Source of the DNA: the human T2T-CHM13v2.0 reference genome, Homo sapiens
Direction: 5' to 3' (one strand)
Length of the DNA stretch: 64,000 nt
Assembly: GCF_009914755.1 (NCBI RefSeq)
Contig: NC_060936.1
Shown here: piece by piece, positions 1-17,263 of the stretch
Layout of the letters: every line of letters starts with the position of its first letter
How positions within the stretch are numbered: position 1 is the stretch's first letter
Translations under genes and position numbers: made by a program
The notes under the pieces: generated by a model
Seen by the model: the letters and a program-made list of their open reading frames with translations, nothing else
Told to the model about the DNA's origin: nothing
Database searches by the model: none

Positions 1-157
1 AGGCACGCGCCAACTACGCCCGGCTAATTTTGTATTTTTAGTAGAGACGGGGTTTCACCACATTGGTCAGGCTGGTCTCAAGCTCCTGACCTCGTGATCT
101 GCCCGCCTCAGCCTCCCAAAGTGCTGGGATTACAGGCATGAGCCACTGCACCTGCCC
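1..157 (-). mobile_element. Alu (partial, cut by window edge)
   Basis: Antisense Alu left arm: 'ctcccaaagtgctgggattacaggcatgagccac'. Confidence 0.95.
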
Positions 158-159
158 AG

Positions 160-233
160 GAATTTTCTATTTAATGTTTTCAGACTGCGGTTGACCACAA
201 GTAACTGAAATCACAGATAAAGGGAGACTACTG
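160..233. mobile_element. MER44/Tigger7-type DNA transposon end
   Basis: 'gcggttgaccacaagtaactgaaa...gataaagggagactactg|TA' matches the recalled MER44 terminal inverted repeat followed by a TA target. Confidence 0.65.
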
Positions 234-235
234 TA

Positions 236-340
236 TTGTTCTCACTGTTTTATAGATGAGGCAACTGAGGTACAGAGAGGTTGAGTAATTTACACAAAGT
301 TGCAATCAGTTTAGTAACTGTCGGATCCAGGGTTCAATGA
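236..340 (-). mobile_element. MIR
   Basis: MIR core 'ttttatagatgaggcaactgaggtacagagaggttgagtaattt'. Confidence 0.8.
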
Positions 341-657
<317 letters not shown>

Positions 658-744
658 AAATTCCAGATTTCACAGAAAAGAGTGATCCTATTTGTACTTC
701 AATTAATTTATTAATTCAACAGATGGTCTAGTATGGCCTAGATC

Positions 745-1215
745 TGTGACTACAGATGCATATACCTATAGGGGCCATTCCAGAAACATATCGTGTGAAG
801 TCAGCCAAGCGTAAGACAGTGGGGAGCAATAAGAATTATGAATAACAGGAGACCATAAGCTTTGTTTAAAGGGGGAAGCTGGGCAGGGCACAGTGGTGGA
901 CACCTATAATCCTAGCTATGATCTCACCACTGTACTCTAGCCTGAGAGAGTAAGACCCTGGCTCTAAAAAATAATAAATAAATAAATAAATAAATAAATA
1001 AAGTAGGGGCAGCTACCAACCTCAGTTGTTGTTACATGGGGACAGTATTCTCACATTTTCCAATTTTTCAAGAGATACTGGAAAAACATATTTTTATATG
1101 AATATATAATCTTCCATATGAATATATATGAATACATAAAATCTTCCAATTTGGGAGAAACAGTGTATAAAATGAGTTCTGTTCTGGACATGCCACATTT
1201 TCACTAGCTGTAGAT
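745..1215. mobile_element. MER102-like hAT-Charlie relic, interrupted by an Alu fragment
   Basis: 'cctataggggcca...gtgaagtcagccaagcgtaagacagtgggg' and 'ttttcaagagatactggaaaaacatatttttatatgaa' resemble recalled MER102. Confidence 0.5.
881..1002 (+). mobile_element. Internally deleted Alu monomer with (TAAA)n tail
   Basis: 'cacctataatcctagcta|tgatctcaccactgtactctagcctg' plus tail; flanks 'aaagggggaagct'/'aaagtaggggcagct'. Confidence 0.8.
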
Positions 1216-1352
1216 TGTCCAGCAGTTAGAAATTTGACTGTACAGTTCACGAAAATTACTTGTGAAGCAAGCACAGATTCAGAAATATTTAGTGTGCATG
1301 CAGAAAGGAGAGCTATTCATGGAAAAGGTGTAAATTAAGAAGAAAATAAGAG

Positions 1353-1642
1353 GGTCGGGCGTGGTGGCTCATGTCTGTAATCCCAGCACTTTAGGAGGCC
1401 GAGACAGACGGATCACCTGAGGTTGGGAGCTCAAGACCAGCCTGGTCAACATGGTGAAACCCCGTCTCTACTAAAAATACAAAAAATTAGCCTGGTGTGG
1501 CGGTGGGCCCCTGTAATCCCAGCTACTCGGGAGGCTGAGGCAGGAGAATCGCTTGTGGAGGTTGCAGTGAGCCGAGATCACACCGCTGCACTCCAGCCTA
1601 GGCTACAGAGCAAGACTTTGTTTCAAAAACAAACAAACAAAA
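1353..1642 (+). mobile_element. Alu
   Basis: Dimeric Alu with small right-arm deletion and A-rich tail. Confidence 0.95.
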
Positions 1643-1909
1643 GGAAGTGTTTTAGTTCCATTTTTCCAACTTCAGTGGTATTTTATTATCATTAAAATTA
1701 TTATTTTATCTCTTCAGGTGTTCTTTTTTGGTATTGTTTGCTCTTAGGACATTTTGAAACTTCTGAGATAGTTAACAAATTTCCTCAGAATCACCAATAA
1801 CAAAAACTATAATTTTTGTGGGAAAGCAATACCCATTTAGGTTTATAATTATATACAAAGCAGAATTCTTCATATCTACAAGTTAAAACTTGGTTCACAT
1901 ATTAAAAAT

Positions 1910-2040
1910 TATTTAGGTGGCATGTACCTATAGTCCCAGCTTCTCAGGAGGCTGAGGCACGAGGATCCCTTAAGCCCAAGAGTTAAAAGAGCAGCCACGG
2001 CAACATAGTCAGACCCCATCTCAAATAATAATAATAATTT
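1910..2040 (+). mobile_element. Alu monomer (FRAM/FAM-like)
   Basis: 'ggtggcatgtacctatagtcccagct...' with (TAA)n tail. Confidence 0.8.
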
Positions 2041-2044
2041 ATAG

Positions 2045-2678
<634 letters not shown>

Positions 2679-3413
2679 CAGACACAATTTTACAATGAGT
2701 ATAGGATACTTTCATGAGCAAGGAAGATAAAGGATCCTATCTACTTGTTGGGTTCCAGGGAACTGGTAAGTAAAATGTATTTTTCCTGCCTGAGTTTGAA
2801 ACCAACTGGAGAAGAGATTCAGGGGACAGACATATGGAAATCAAAATATCACCTTTCTTACAGATAAGAAAGGTTGGAGAACTTGGCTTTGTATCTGCAG
2901 TGGACTTCACCTCTGACTAACAAAAGCCCCCCTGGGCAGGCACATTCCTCCCCTTCCCCTACAGCAAAGCAGAATGCAGACCTGGACAGGCAAGTTTGAA
3001 GAAAAGGGAATCCAAGAAGAGACTGGGCTTTCTTGCCCATTTTTCCCTCCAAACTCCCCAGGCAGATACATCATTCCTTCTGCCCTAGGGATAAAGCCCA
3101 ATCAGTCCAGGAAGGAGAATACCCCTTGGCAGAGACTATTATTTACCCACCAGAATTCATTCTCTTCTCCTTCTGGGCACATGGCTGCCTTCCTGCAATA
3201 CAGTCCCCAGTCTTCTGAACATTGAGCTGTAGCTGTATTACTAAGCTCTTACCAACAGAGCATGAGTAGAAATGATGTGTATGCTCCTCAGCTTGGGTTT
3301 TAACACAGTTGATAATGCCTTCTCCATGTCCTCACTGCTTTTCCCACTGTATAGCCTGGCTTTGTGGCTAACAGTCTTCAAAAGTGCCGATGAGGACATG
3401 CCCCAGGGAGTGA

Positions 3414-3560
3414 TGTAATCCCAGCACTTTGGGAGGTCGAGGCGGGAGGATTGCCTGAGCTCAGGAGTCCAAGACCAGCCTGGGCAACATGATGAGACCC
3501 TGTGTATTTTTAAAAACAAGAAAAAGAATATTTAAAAAAGAAAAAATAAGTAAAAATAAA
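3414..3560 (+). mobile_element. Alu left monomer (FLAM-like), 5'-truncated
   Basis: 'tgtaatcccagcactttgggagg...gggcaacatgatgagaccctg' plus A-rich tail. Confidence 0.85.
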
Positions 3561-3839
3561 TTCAATGAGGTTGTGTAATAATAAATGGTTCCTTTACTAT
3601 TGGCTGATGTTTTTGATCCTGTCTTCCTGTCCTCCTGCCTGTGACGTCTGGATCCGCAGAAGGAATGGAATAATGAGAACTAGCCCTCCATGAAAATGAA
3701 ATGTTACTTTAGATTTGCCAAAAGATTCCAACTTCCTGAAATTCTCCCCTCCACTAATGGTCTGCTGTGATAGGCTATTCCTTTTCTGATGGGTCTGAGA
3801 CCTGTCCCTCATCCCACCCCCATTCGAATTATTCTGAGA

Positions 3840-4137
3840 GGCCAGGCACAGTGGCTCACGCCTGTAATCCCAGCACTTCGGGAGGCCGAGGAGGGAGGAT
3901 CATTTGAGGTCCGGAGTTTGAGACCAGCCTGGCCAACATGGTGAAACCCCATCTCCACTAAAAATACAAAAATTAGCCAGGTATGGTGGCAGGCACCTGT
4001 AATCCCACCTACCCAGGAGGCTGAGGCAGAAGAATCACTTGAACCCAGGAGGCAGAGGTTGCAGTGAGCCAAGATCATGCCACTGTCCTCCAGACTGGGA
4101 GATACAGCAAGACTCAGTCTCAAAAAAAAAAAAAAAA
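3840..4137 (+). mobile_element. Alu (AluS)
   Basis: Full dimer, polyA, TSD 'gaattattctgaga'. Confidence 0.97.
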
Positions 4138-4368
4138 GAATTATTCTGAGAGTGGGACAATATAATTGACTCCAGAAGGTCTCTGCTACAATACATCTAA
4201 AGAGAAGGGAAGAAGAAGGCCCAGATATTTATTCTGTTGGGTGTCTTTTGGGGTTTTTTTGGTGGCTGTTTTCCTGCTATTGGAACTTGATATGCTTCCC
4301 ATTTCTAGTTAAATGGCTAAGAGCTCTACTCCCTGAGGCTTGGGCTATTGCTATTGTCTGTGTATGTG

Positions 4369-4370
<2 letters not shown>

Positions 4371-4406
<36 letters not shown>
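4371..4406. repeat. (TG)n microsatellite
   Basis: About 18 perfect TG/GT units. Confidence 0.95.
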
Positions 4407-4411
<5 letters not shown>

Positions 4412-5094
4412 GTCATCACTGCTAGAACGGTGCACTAGCATAGTTTGCTTTAACATTTTTTTCTAGGGATAAAATGCAGGGTCCCAAGTGGTAAAGGGGT
4501 GCCTAGCTTTAATAATCTGTTTTCTGCCCCAGTTCATAAAAAATATTGCCCCAGAAACACAAGTTCCCAACATTTATGGATTGCCTATGTCACAGGGGCC
4601 AGTGGGAAAGGATCTCTGAGCAACTGCTGAGAATCAGAATTGCAAAATTGGTGACCAATAAGTAAGGTATGCATTTGACAGCAGCCTTCACTTGGCCCCT
4701 TATCTGATAACATTCTCTCCATCCAAAGTGCCCAATCTTCTATCCTTCTTATGCATTCTCAAAAAAAAAAAAAAAAAAAAAGATTCCATGAAGAAAGATG
4801 GCCTCTTCAACGTCTGATAAACCTCCTGAGCTCTGAGGATTTTCTGTCATACTCAGACTTTACCGAGAAGTTTCCCCTTCTATGACACTTCAGTAGATTG
4901 GCTGATGCCAGTCTTGTCAACCTTTTGGGAATGGAGATGAAGGTAGGCCTGGTCAGCCACTATTGTTTCATATCTTTGAAAACAAATAGATACAATTTCA
5001 GAAAAATTTTCCAGACCAAGTTACAATTAGCAATTGAGACTACCAAAAGCTATTTTGTTAATCTATTTTTAAAACACTGAATTAGATCAAAATA

Positions 5095-5270
5095 GCAAAC
5101 ATTTATTGAGCTCTTACCATGTGCCAGGCACTGTTCCAAATGTTACATATATGCCTCACTTAAGTTTTACAACCCCTTGAGGTAGCTGCTGTTGTTATCA
5201 TTCCCATTTTAGAGATGAGGAAGCTGAGGTTAAATTGCTTGCCCAAGGTTGCACAGCTACTAAATACTAG
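5095..5270 (-). mobile_element. MIR
   Basis: 'atttattgagctcttaccatgtgccaggcactg...cccattttagagatgaggaagctgagg'. Confidence 0.85.
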
Positions 5271-5339
5271 CTCAAGATATCTAAAAGTGGCTCATATGTG
5301 GGAAGCACTATTATCATTATTTTCTCTAGCGGAAAGACT

Positions 5340-5570
5340 GTAGAGTATGGTGAACAGTATGCAGGGCTTTGGAATTAGATATAACAGGGTTTAAATACCT
5401 ATTATCCCCAGACCAGCCAAATCGTTTGAAACAAGTTAATTCATCACTGTGAACTTTACTTTCCTCATCTGCATTTTGAAAATAATAATGACTCCCTCAT
5501 GAAACTATTGTATAGATTTAATAAGACAATCTATAAAATACTTCATAGACAGTCTGTTAACATAGCACTA
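5340..5570 (+). mobile_element. MIR
   Basis: 'ggctttggaattagat...ttcctcatctgcattttgaaaataataatg'. Confidence 0.65.
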
Positions 5571-5574
5571 TTTA

Positions 5575-5972
5575 TTGATTGATTGATTGAAACATGTTCT
5601 TGCTGTGTTGCCCAGGCTGGTCTTGAATTCCTGGGCTCAGGTGATGCTCCCACCTCAGGCTCCCAGAGTGTTGGGACTACAGGATTATAGGTGTAAGCCA
5701 TCATGCCCGGCCTTTTTTTTTTTTTCTTTTGCAGTGATACTGTCACAGCTTACTGCAGCCCTTGACTTCCCAGGCTCGAGTGACCCTCCTACCTCAGCCT
5801 CCCAAGTAGCTGGGACTACAGGCAAGCACCACCACATCTGGTAATTTTTTTTCTTTTAGTAGAGATGAGATTTCACTATGCTGCACAGGCTGGTCTGGAA
5901 CTTCTGAGTTCAAACGATCCTCCCGCCTCCTCCCACAGTGCTAGGATTACAGGTGTAAGCCACTGTCCAAGC
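5575..5972 (-). mobile_element. FLAM (to ~5712) followed by AluJ-like element
   Basis: Two adjacent antisense Alu-family elements separated by a polyT run. Confidence 0.88.
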
Positions 5973-6005
5973 CTCTCTGGTTTCTTATAACAAAAGTTGT
6001 CCTAA

Positions 6006-6703
<698 letters not shown>

Positions 6704-6883
6704 AAGTTTGCAACATTTTAACAGAGCCCTTAAGCAGATCTAAAAGGTATCTCAATTTATTCACCACCTTGGGAGGTGCATTTTCTTTACTTGACTCATC
6801 TGGCAGTCCATCAAGATGACATAGTTTTCTGCTGCTCTTTCTTGTTAGGTGGCACTTGGAACCTCAATCAAGTACTTATTTAA

Positions 6884-7221
<338 letters not shown>

Positions 7222-7579
7222 TGTTTAAGTTTTGATAAAAGAGTTTGACTATATCCCCAAGCACTCTTGCTGTCTGTACTTCTGATTAATTGAATGAAAA
7301 TACTGTTTGGATAAAAAGTCTGGATGTTTTTCTTTCCTAGTAGAACTAATTTGCTCCCTACTACCTGGTATCTAAAACATACTCTCCCCTTAGCTATCAA
7401 CATAACATTTCTCCATTTCCCATACTGACCTGAAACATTTAGTTAAGAATTGACTGAGAGATGCCACTTGCATAATGCTTACTTAAGGTCTTGAGATTGG
7501 GAAAAAACTGATTTATCATTATGGTTATTATTGATTCTTTCAAATCCCTCTAGTTTTGCTTCAATATTGCTGGTGAATA

Positions 7580-7790
7580 ATACTTGAGCATTTACTTATT
7601 GTTAGGAGGATAACACAAATTATCTCATTAATTTGAACATTTATGATTAGGGATTAGTGTCACAGTTGACAGACATGGAAACAGGCTCAGAGGGAGTAAG
7701 TAAATTGCCAAGATTACACAGCTTCTAAATGGTGCAGCCAGGATGCAAACCCAGATCTTTCTGACTCAAAGCTTAAGCAATTAACACTAA
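7580..7790 (-). mobile_element. MIR
   Basis: 'gacagacatggaaacaggctcagagggagtaagtaaattgccaagattacacagc'. Confidence 0.75.
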
Positions 7791-8134
7791 ATGGTCTTGG
7801 TTAGCTGCTATCAATGCACCTGGGCCATATAATTTGTTATCTGCGACAACATTCTTATTAGTTAAATGTAATATAAACTTTTACAGAGGGTCATAAAATA
7901 ATTCATTTGAATAGCCATTTGGTTGTCCTGTGAAACCACAGATGTGGTCATTTCTGTTACTCAATGTCTTTGAGTTTAGTTCAAGAAAAACTGTCTCTAC
8001 GTGCATGCTTTTTTAGTTAGAAGAAAAGTTACATAGACCAATATGGTTTTCCTTAATCCTTAACTGCCTAGAAACTTTGCCAAATTCATTGTTCAGCTAT
8101 CGCAATGAACTTATCTCAGGTGCTTAGTGATATC

Positions 8135-8300
8135 ATTTGTTTACTCAACATACGATTATTATATTTATGAGGTCTATTTTATGCCAGAGGTATAAACACT
8201 CTGGGGATATAGAATATGGTGAACATAATAGAAATTTCCTCAGGTAGCCCATAGTCTAACAGGACGGAGAAAAAGTACATAAATAACAACAGAAATGATT
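8135..8300 (-). mobile_element. L2 3' fragment
   Basis: 'catttgtttactcaaca...tttatgaggtctattttatgccagag...ggggatatag...gtgaaca'. Confidence 0.55.
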
Positions 8301-8922
8301 GATCCTAATATGACAAGAGCCACAAATAGTAAATAAATGTTAGCATGATCTGTGCAGGCAATAGGCTTGCTTTAATGAACTGGTTAATAAAAAGAATATC
8401 TGGAAGCAAACTTTGTGATTCACGTGGCAATTCTATTATACGCTTATATCTCATTGTATATAATTTCATAGTAAGTACATTAGAAAAAAACATTAAAATA
8501 AATAAGAGGCATAAATATCCCTTTTACTTGTAAGGGAGCACCTAATAAGTATTCTTGCACTCATTTTTTTCTTTCAGTATAACTATAATTTTAAAAATTC
8601 ATCTCTTAAATATATAAAGCAGTTTTGCTATAATAAAAATGAAAATTGAGTTGAAAAGATGTCATTTCTTTTGGCATCTGCATTATTAATTTGGAAAAGA
8701 TAAAGACTAATAGAGTCTTGACCTGTGTAGAAGACTGACAAGCAAAGATTTGTGAAATAATTAATTCTTACATCAGAAAGTTATCCTCAAAAGATGATGA
8801 AGATAAACCAGCAGTTCCTGCCTTTGAAAGCTTTAGTCCATTGTCATCATTAAAAGCTGATAGAAAAAAATACCATCAGGGGCTAAGGATTTGTTGAAAT
8901 TAATTTTAAGACTTTCTTTTCC

Positions 8923-9227
8923 GGCTGGGCATGGTGGCTCGTGCCTGTAATCCTAGCACTTTGGGAGGCTGAGGCCGGTGCATCACTTGAGGCCAGGAGT
9001 TTGAGACCAGCCTAGCCAACATGGTGAAACCCCATATCTACTAAAAATCAAAAATTAGCTGGGCATGGTGGCACATGCCTATAGTCCCAGCTACTCAGGA
9101 GGTTGAGGCAGGAGAGTCACTTGAACCCAGGAGGCAGAGGTTGCAGTGAGCCGACATCACACCATTGTACTCCAGCCTGGGTGACACAGTGAGACCCTGT
9201 CTCAAAAAAAAAAAAAAAAAAAAAAAA
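8923..9227 (+). mobile_element. Alu (AluS)
   Basis: Full dimer, long polyA, TSD 'aagactttcttt'. Confidence 0.97.
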
Positions 9228-9436
9228 GACTTTCTTTATGATAGGTCCCCCGAAGTTGGGTAAATATGAATTAATTTTCATATGGGTCAGTCAGTAGTCA
9301 GCAGATACAGTTGTTAGCACATTAGCAACAAGAATAGGAAACTGGTCACAATGACGACTCCATCTCCTTCACAACTGTCTTCACTGCCCCTGCCTTGCTG
9401 TGTTCTACAGAATTTAAGAGAAGCTGAGGGTGCTAA

Positions 9437-9712
<276 letters not shown>

Positions 9713-9810
9713 TAAGAAGGACCAACACTTCTACCCAGTAACCAGGACCCCCTTGCCAGCCCTTCACTGCCAGATCCATCTGCCTGAATGCCACCAGAAA
9801 TGCATTTGAT

Positions 9811-10110
9811 GCTGGGCACGGTGGCTCTTGCCTATAATCCCAATACTGTGGGAGGCTGATGTGGGAGGATTGCTTGAGGTCAGGAGTTCAATATCAACCT
9901 AGGCAACATAGCGAGATCGTGTCTCTACAAAAAATTTTAAAAATAAAATTTAGCTGGACCTGGTGGTACATGCTTGTAGCCCCAGCTACTCGGGAGGCTG
10001 AGGTGAGAGTATTGCTTGAGCTTAGGAGTTCAAGGCTATAGTGAGCTGTGATTGTGTCACTGCACTATGCAGAGTGAGACCCTGTCTCAAAAAAAAAAAA
10101 AAAAAAAAAA
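9811..10110 (+). mobile_element. Alu (AluJ-like)
   Basis: Dimer, polyA, TSD 'agaaatgcatttgat'. Confidence 0.95.
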
Positions 10111-10143
10111 GAAATGCATTTGATTTCTGAGGTATCCTCTTTA

Positions 10144-10480
<337 letters not shown>

Positions 10481-10919
10481 TCTGGAAAGTTTCTTCCTAG
10501 CACCTGAGATTAGCTACACTGAGAAAATGGGGATTTTGATGAGTAGAGGTTGGAGAATAGGACATGGAGAGCATGGAACACTTTGGTGGGTAGAATTGGC
10601 CAGTGCAAGAGGCAGAGGGAGTGCCCAGGTCCACAGCTGTACCCTGCACCATAGAGAGAGGCTCTCAAAGAGTAGAGAAGGGGTACAGAAGGAAGATGAA
10701 TGACAACACAAACCAAAACATATGCTTAATATGTTTAAACAGCTACTTATGTAAAGCATTTAGAATAGCACCTAGACTCAAATAAGTATTTACTAATCAT
10801 TGGTCCTAGGGCTAGTCAGTTGCCACAACAGGGAGAGAAAGTTCTATTCTTTCTCCTTCTTCTCCCTCCTCTCTTATCACGTGGTCTGCTGTTTCCAAGA
10901 CTCAAAGATATTACTTGCC

Positions 10920-11121
10920 ACCGGGGGTGGGGGGCAGTGTTGTCATGGGGGTTGGTGGTAGTGTGGTAGAAGCTCACACCTGTATTCCCAGCTACTCTGG
11001 AGGCTGAGGTAGGAGGACCACATGAGCCCTGGAGGTTGATGCTGCAGTTAACTGTGATAGCACCACTGCATTCCAGACTGGGCAATAGAACGAGACCTTG
11101 CCTCAAAAAAAAAAAAAAAAA
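10920..11121 (+). mobile_element. Alu right monomer (FRAM-like)
   Basis: 'cacacctgtattcccagctactctggaggctgagg' plus polyA; flanks 'acttgc'. Confidence 0.8.
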
Positions 11122-11887
11122 GACTTGCGCAATTTGTGGTATAGTTTAATTCCACGTTAGGTAAAAAGGCTTTAATGAGCTGGCCCTGGAACCGAAATAA
11201 TACTCATTCTATTGTTTTCATGGAAAAAGTGACTAGCACACATTAGGCTCTCAATAAATCTTTGTTTAAACAAAAACATGTTTAGCATTCTAAACAACCA
11301 ATGTATACTTGGGAATGGATCCTATTTATAGGTTGAGTGCTCCTTATGTACTGAAGGCATTTTTATTTAGCTCTTCAGAATTGAACAAGGAAGATTTGTA
11401 AGCTCTTGCAAGTGATAATTGTGTTAAAGTTTGTGATTTTATCTGACTTAATATTTTCTATTGAAAGTTAAAGAATTGGACATCCTCACCTTGGACAGGC
11501 TGGAGAAAAATATCCCTTGTATAAAAACTGAATTAGACGGACTTTTAGAGGCCTCACTGGGGTCCTGGAGCTGAATCTGGGAGCAGACCTGGAGACCTGA
11601 ATGAGCTCAATGTTTCAGTGGAGGAAAATGAAAAAGTACCTATAGGTTTTATTGTTACTACTTTTGAGGGAGCAGAGAAGAGAGGGGTTGAATAGGAAAG
11701 TATGATCTGAGCAACAAGACTTGACTTCAAACTATAAAAAGGCCCTAACACTTTTTTGTGATCCACCTAGGCAGAAAACAGGTGGTGTCCTGAAGACTTA
11801 CGGTAATGAACAGGTTGAGTGTGGTACGTGAGGTACAAATGACCAACACCTAGAGAGCCAGGGACAATTAAAAATCTCACTGGGCAT

Positions 11888-12676
<789 letters not shown>

Positions 12677-12872
12677 TCTCATAGATGGAACATGTTCTTG
12701 GCTTTGTAATTGGTCACTGAGCCAAGATCATCAGAATGTGGTGAAAGTTGAGTGTCAGAAACAAAGGTAAAATCAGTCTCCTCTAAGAAAAATTCAGGAA
12801 GTCTTATAATCTAATAATCACTAATTGATTAAACTGGAGGAGAATTAGATGCCTAGGAAGGTTAACCAGTGA

Positions 12873-13168
<296 letters not shown>

Positions 13169-13427
13169 AGAGTGCTTTTATAATCTAAAATTAAGTGAGA
13201 GAAATGTGTTTTCAAGAATACTAGAAGCAAAAGTATGGAACCAACTGTTAAAAACATTTTATTTATTTATTCTTTCCTATTTTCAAGATAGCCAAAACTC
13301 TTTCATTAATCTGTGTTCTCAAGGCAAAAAGACTTCCAGCCATTATTTTCAAAGCAGTCTGAATTAGTTGCTGCTTTTCTCACAAGGTCAATTAATAACT
13401 CCTCACAGCATACCTATGGAGCGTTCA

Positions 13428-13784
<357 letters not shown>

Positions 13785-14330
13785 TCAATAGTTTCTCCTC
13801 TGTCTTCTTGAGAGGTGAGTCTATCCAATCATTCCCATTGCACTTATTTGCACATTTGTTTTTGGCTCATGTCTTTGTTTTTCTCATCAGCAACTCCCCC
13901 AGCCCCTACCTCCCAAGCTAGTTAAAAGAAAATGCCCTCAAAATGTGTAAATTCTGCGAAGAGCAACCAACTATGGCAAAAAAACATCCAAGGAGCCTTA
14001 GACTTGGATGATAGACTGTTTACAGTGATTAATATATTGGTATCACCTCAATGATAAAATTTACTGCTTACAACTGGTGTTTAATGTTTCTCTGTCTCTG
14101 AAAGAATTCCTTCCTTATGCTTAGCCCAATAATTCAAGTCCTGCTCCTGCCAGAATTAGGGTCTTGTTCTCCTCTCTTCCTGACTGTCCTTTCACTTGAA
14201 AAAAAAATCATTTTATTTAATGCTAACAAGATTCCACATAAGAAAGAAAAAAGAAATGATGCTATGCAAAGAATGAACAATTTGGAAACTTGGCTGCCGT
14301 GAATTGCAGGTTCCCATGAAATGCAATTGA

Positions 14331-14676
<346 letters not shown>

Positions 14677-15196
14677 TAGACCAAGAATTAGAGATTGCAT
14701 ATCTAAATAGGAACAGCTGTATCCAGCAGTGAAAACATCACCACCTAAAAAGGTTTTCAGTCAGAGAATCAACACTTAACAATTTATGTTCCCCAAAAAA
14801 TTCATCACGGCTACAAAGAGTTTTCCCTTCAGATTCTGAATGGAACCAAAGAGAAATGATGACTCTAGCTACAAAATAAAAGCCCAAGGCCCAACTAAAA
14901 CATTTGTGTTGGTGGCTACTAGTTTGGTTCATGACACAGTTGATTCAACTGCAGCAACTGCCTTCAACCCTAAAGAGAGCAGAAATGAAGAGACCAATCA
15001 TGCCCTAGGCTAGTGTGCTAGCCACAGGACTCTAAAAATAAATGTGTCCCTGTGGACAGCCTTAGAAATGTTATCTGCTGAAAAGGATACATTAGCCTGA
15101 GTGTTTTTCCAAAGTCATTACTGAGTGACTAGGGCAATTCATATGTCTCAGAACTGAACTATTTGTATTTTGAGACCTCAACGATATTTGGGTTTA

Positions 15197-15507
<311 letters not shown>

Positions 15508-15755
15508 GAAGGGAGGGACAGGAAGCATCCTGTTTCAGAGCTTCCCAAAGCATGCATGCTTATCAGCTGTATGCAAGAGGATGAGTATTACATTCCTGGA
15601 AGTAGGGCAGGGAGGGTCTCAGTCTAAACTTGCAGAGTCTGTCCTTCAAACTTACTTGATAAGCAGCCTTCAGTTCTTAAAAGGATCAGGGCAGAGGGGG
15701 AAATGGGAGTTGACCACCAGAGACAGAAAGAAAAGCCATTTAAATATTACATGGG

Positions 15756-15910
15756 GGCCGGACACAGTGGCTCATACCTGTAGTCCTAGCACTTTGGGAG
15801 GCTGAGGTGAGATCACTTGAGCCCTGAAGTTCAAGAATGCAGTGAGCTATGATCATGCCACTGCAGTCCAGCCTGGGGGACAGAGCAAGACCCTTTATCT
15901 AAAAAAAATT
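15756..15910 (+). mobile_element. Alu monomer (left/right arm hybrid)
   Basis: Left-arm 5' end joined to right-arm 3' end, with polyA. Confidence 0.85.
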
Positions 15911-16139
15911 TTAAAAATCACACTGGAGTAGAAACAGCCTCAGGATGAGCTAGAGGACAAGTATTTTGCCCATGGAGGTTTTTATAGTCACTTTCTATTT
16001 ATGACCATCGATACTGGATTTCCACTTACGGTACTAATGTAAAATTTCCCTTAAAAAGTATTTCAGTTTGCAAAGTGAATGGATTTAATGTAACATGCTT
16101 ATTAGTATGGTATTTAGGTATAGAGTGAATGGATGTTTA

Positions 16140-16340
16140 GGAGCTGCTGACTTGGAGATGAGCACTTGGTTTTAGGGCCACTCCACATCTACCCCTGGAA
16201 CCTTGGGCAATTTACATACTTGCTTACTTTTTCTGAGCCTCCTGATCCTCAACTAACTATAAGATGTTTGGATGAGAAACACCAACCTCTAAAGGTGATT
16301 GTGATGAATACATGATGCATGCTTAGTTAATGGTTAGTCT
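16140..16340 (+). mobile_element. MIR
   Basis: 'ccttgggcaattt...ctgagcctc...ccaacctctaaaggtgattgtgatgaatacatga'. Confidence 0.6.
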
Positions 16341-16616
16341 CTTTCCTTTCCTTAATGGGAAACGCAGCAAAACTCTCCCTCCTCATGGAATCTCCCTGCC
16401 TAGACTTGAGTCAATAAAATGTAGGTAGAGATTGTTCAGATTACTAAATAATAGAATGCAGTCCAACAGAAGCTATATTTGTAGCCCAATTCATTGCATT
16501 TGCAAACAGAGAAGGCAGAAGAACTAAGTATCAACACAGCACTATCTCGTCACCAAGCAGTATATTTTAGGGCCCTGTACTATAGTGACTGGGCTGCAGG
16601 CCAGTTTCGGGCATTC

Positions 16617-16757
16617 TTTTGTTTTGTTTTGTTTTAAATAGAGACGGGGTCTCGCAGTGTTGTCCAGACTAGTCTCAAACCCCTGAGCTCAAGTGGTGCT
16701 TCCTCCTCAGCCTCCCAAAGTGCTGGGATTACAGGCATTCACCACCATGCCTGGCCA
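16617..16757 (-). mobile_element. FLAM / Alu left monomer
   Basis: Antisense monomer with (tttgt)n tail; flanks 'gggcattc'/'gggtcattc'. Confidence 0.9.
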
Positions 16758-16761
16758 GGGT

Positions 16762-17263
16762 CATTCCCGAGGTTTGGACCAGGTCACCCAGCCCAGTCAG
16801 GAAGAGCCAGCAGTGAACAACCTTGGCCTCCCCTTCAGCAGCTTTGACCACTCTAAAGCCCCCTGCTATGGCTATGATGAGCAGCTGAGCCTGTGCCCAG
16901 AGTGGCTGAATTCTGGCAAAGACAAGAATAAAAGCATCCTGCAGAACAAGTATGTCCGATGTTCTGTTGGAACTGAGGTCTGCCATCTCTGGATGGTCCT
17001 GTGTCACCACTTGATGCTAAATCCTCAGCATGTGCAGCTCCTTTTTGACAATGAAGTTCTCCCTGATCACATGACAATGAAGCAGCTATGGCTCTCCACT
17101 GGTTCGACAAGCTATCCCCTTTGCTTTTACAATACAGTGTGAAAGAGAAGAGGAGGTAGGGGCCAAACCCTCACCCCATCCCACTCCCCTTCCGTCCTGA
17201 TATTTATAAGAAATTAACTGCAGCTTTATTTTTTGAAATAGAAACTTTTAAAAAGCCAAAAAA
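16762..17263 (+). pseudogene. 5'-truncated processed pseudogene of PCGF1 (C-terminal RAWUL region plus 3' UTR)
   Basis: Translation [86 protein letters not shown] matches the PCGF1 C-terminus as recalled. Uninterrupted by introns. A 1-nt deletion at ~17098 shifts WF.K.SPLLLQYSVKEKRR* (TAG 17157-17159). Degenerate polyA signal and short A tail follow. Confidence 0.92.

Noticed and set aside
15960-16120. Possible hAT-Charlie (MER112/113-like) relic
   Set aside because: Resemblance noted but too weak to name or bound.
16545-16616. Upstream or inverted (twin-primed) continuation of the PCGF1 retrocopy before the FLAM
   Set aside because: Only short matches ('ttcgggcattct') by eye, and these overlap the FLAM TSD; not supportable without an alignment.
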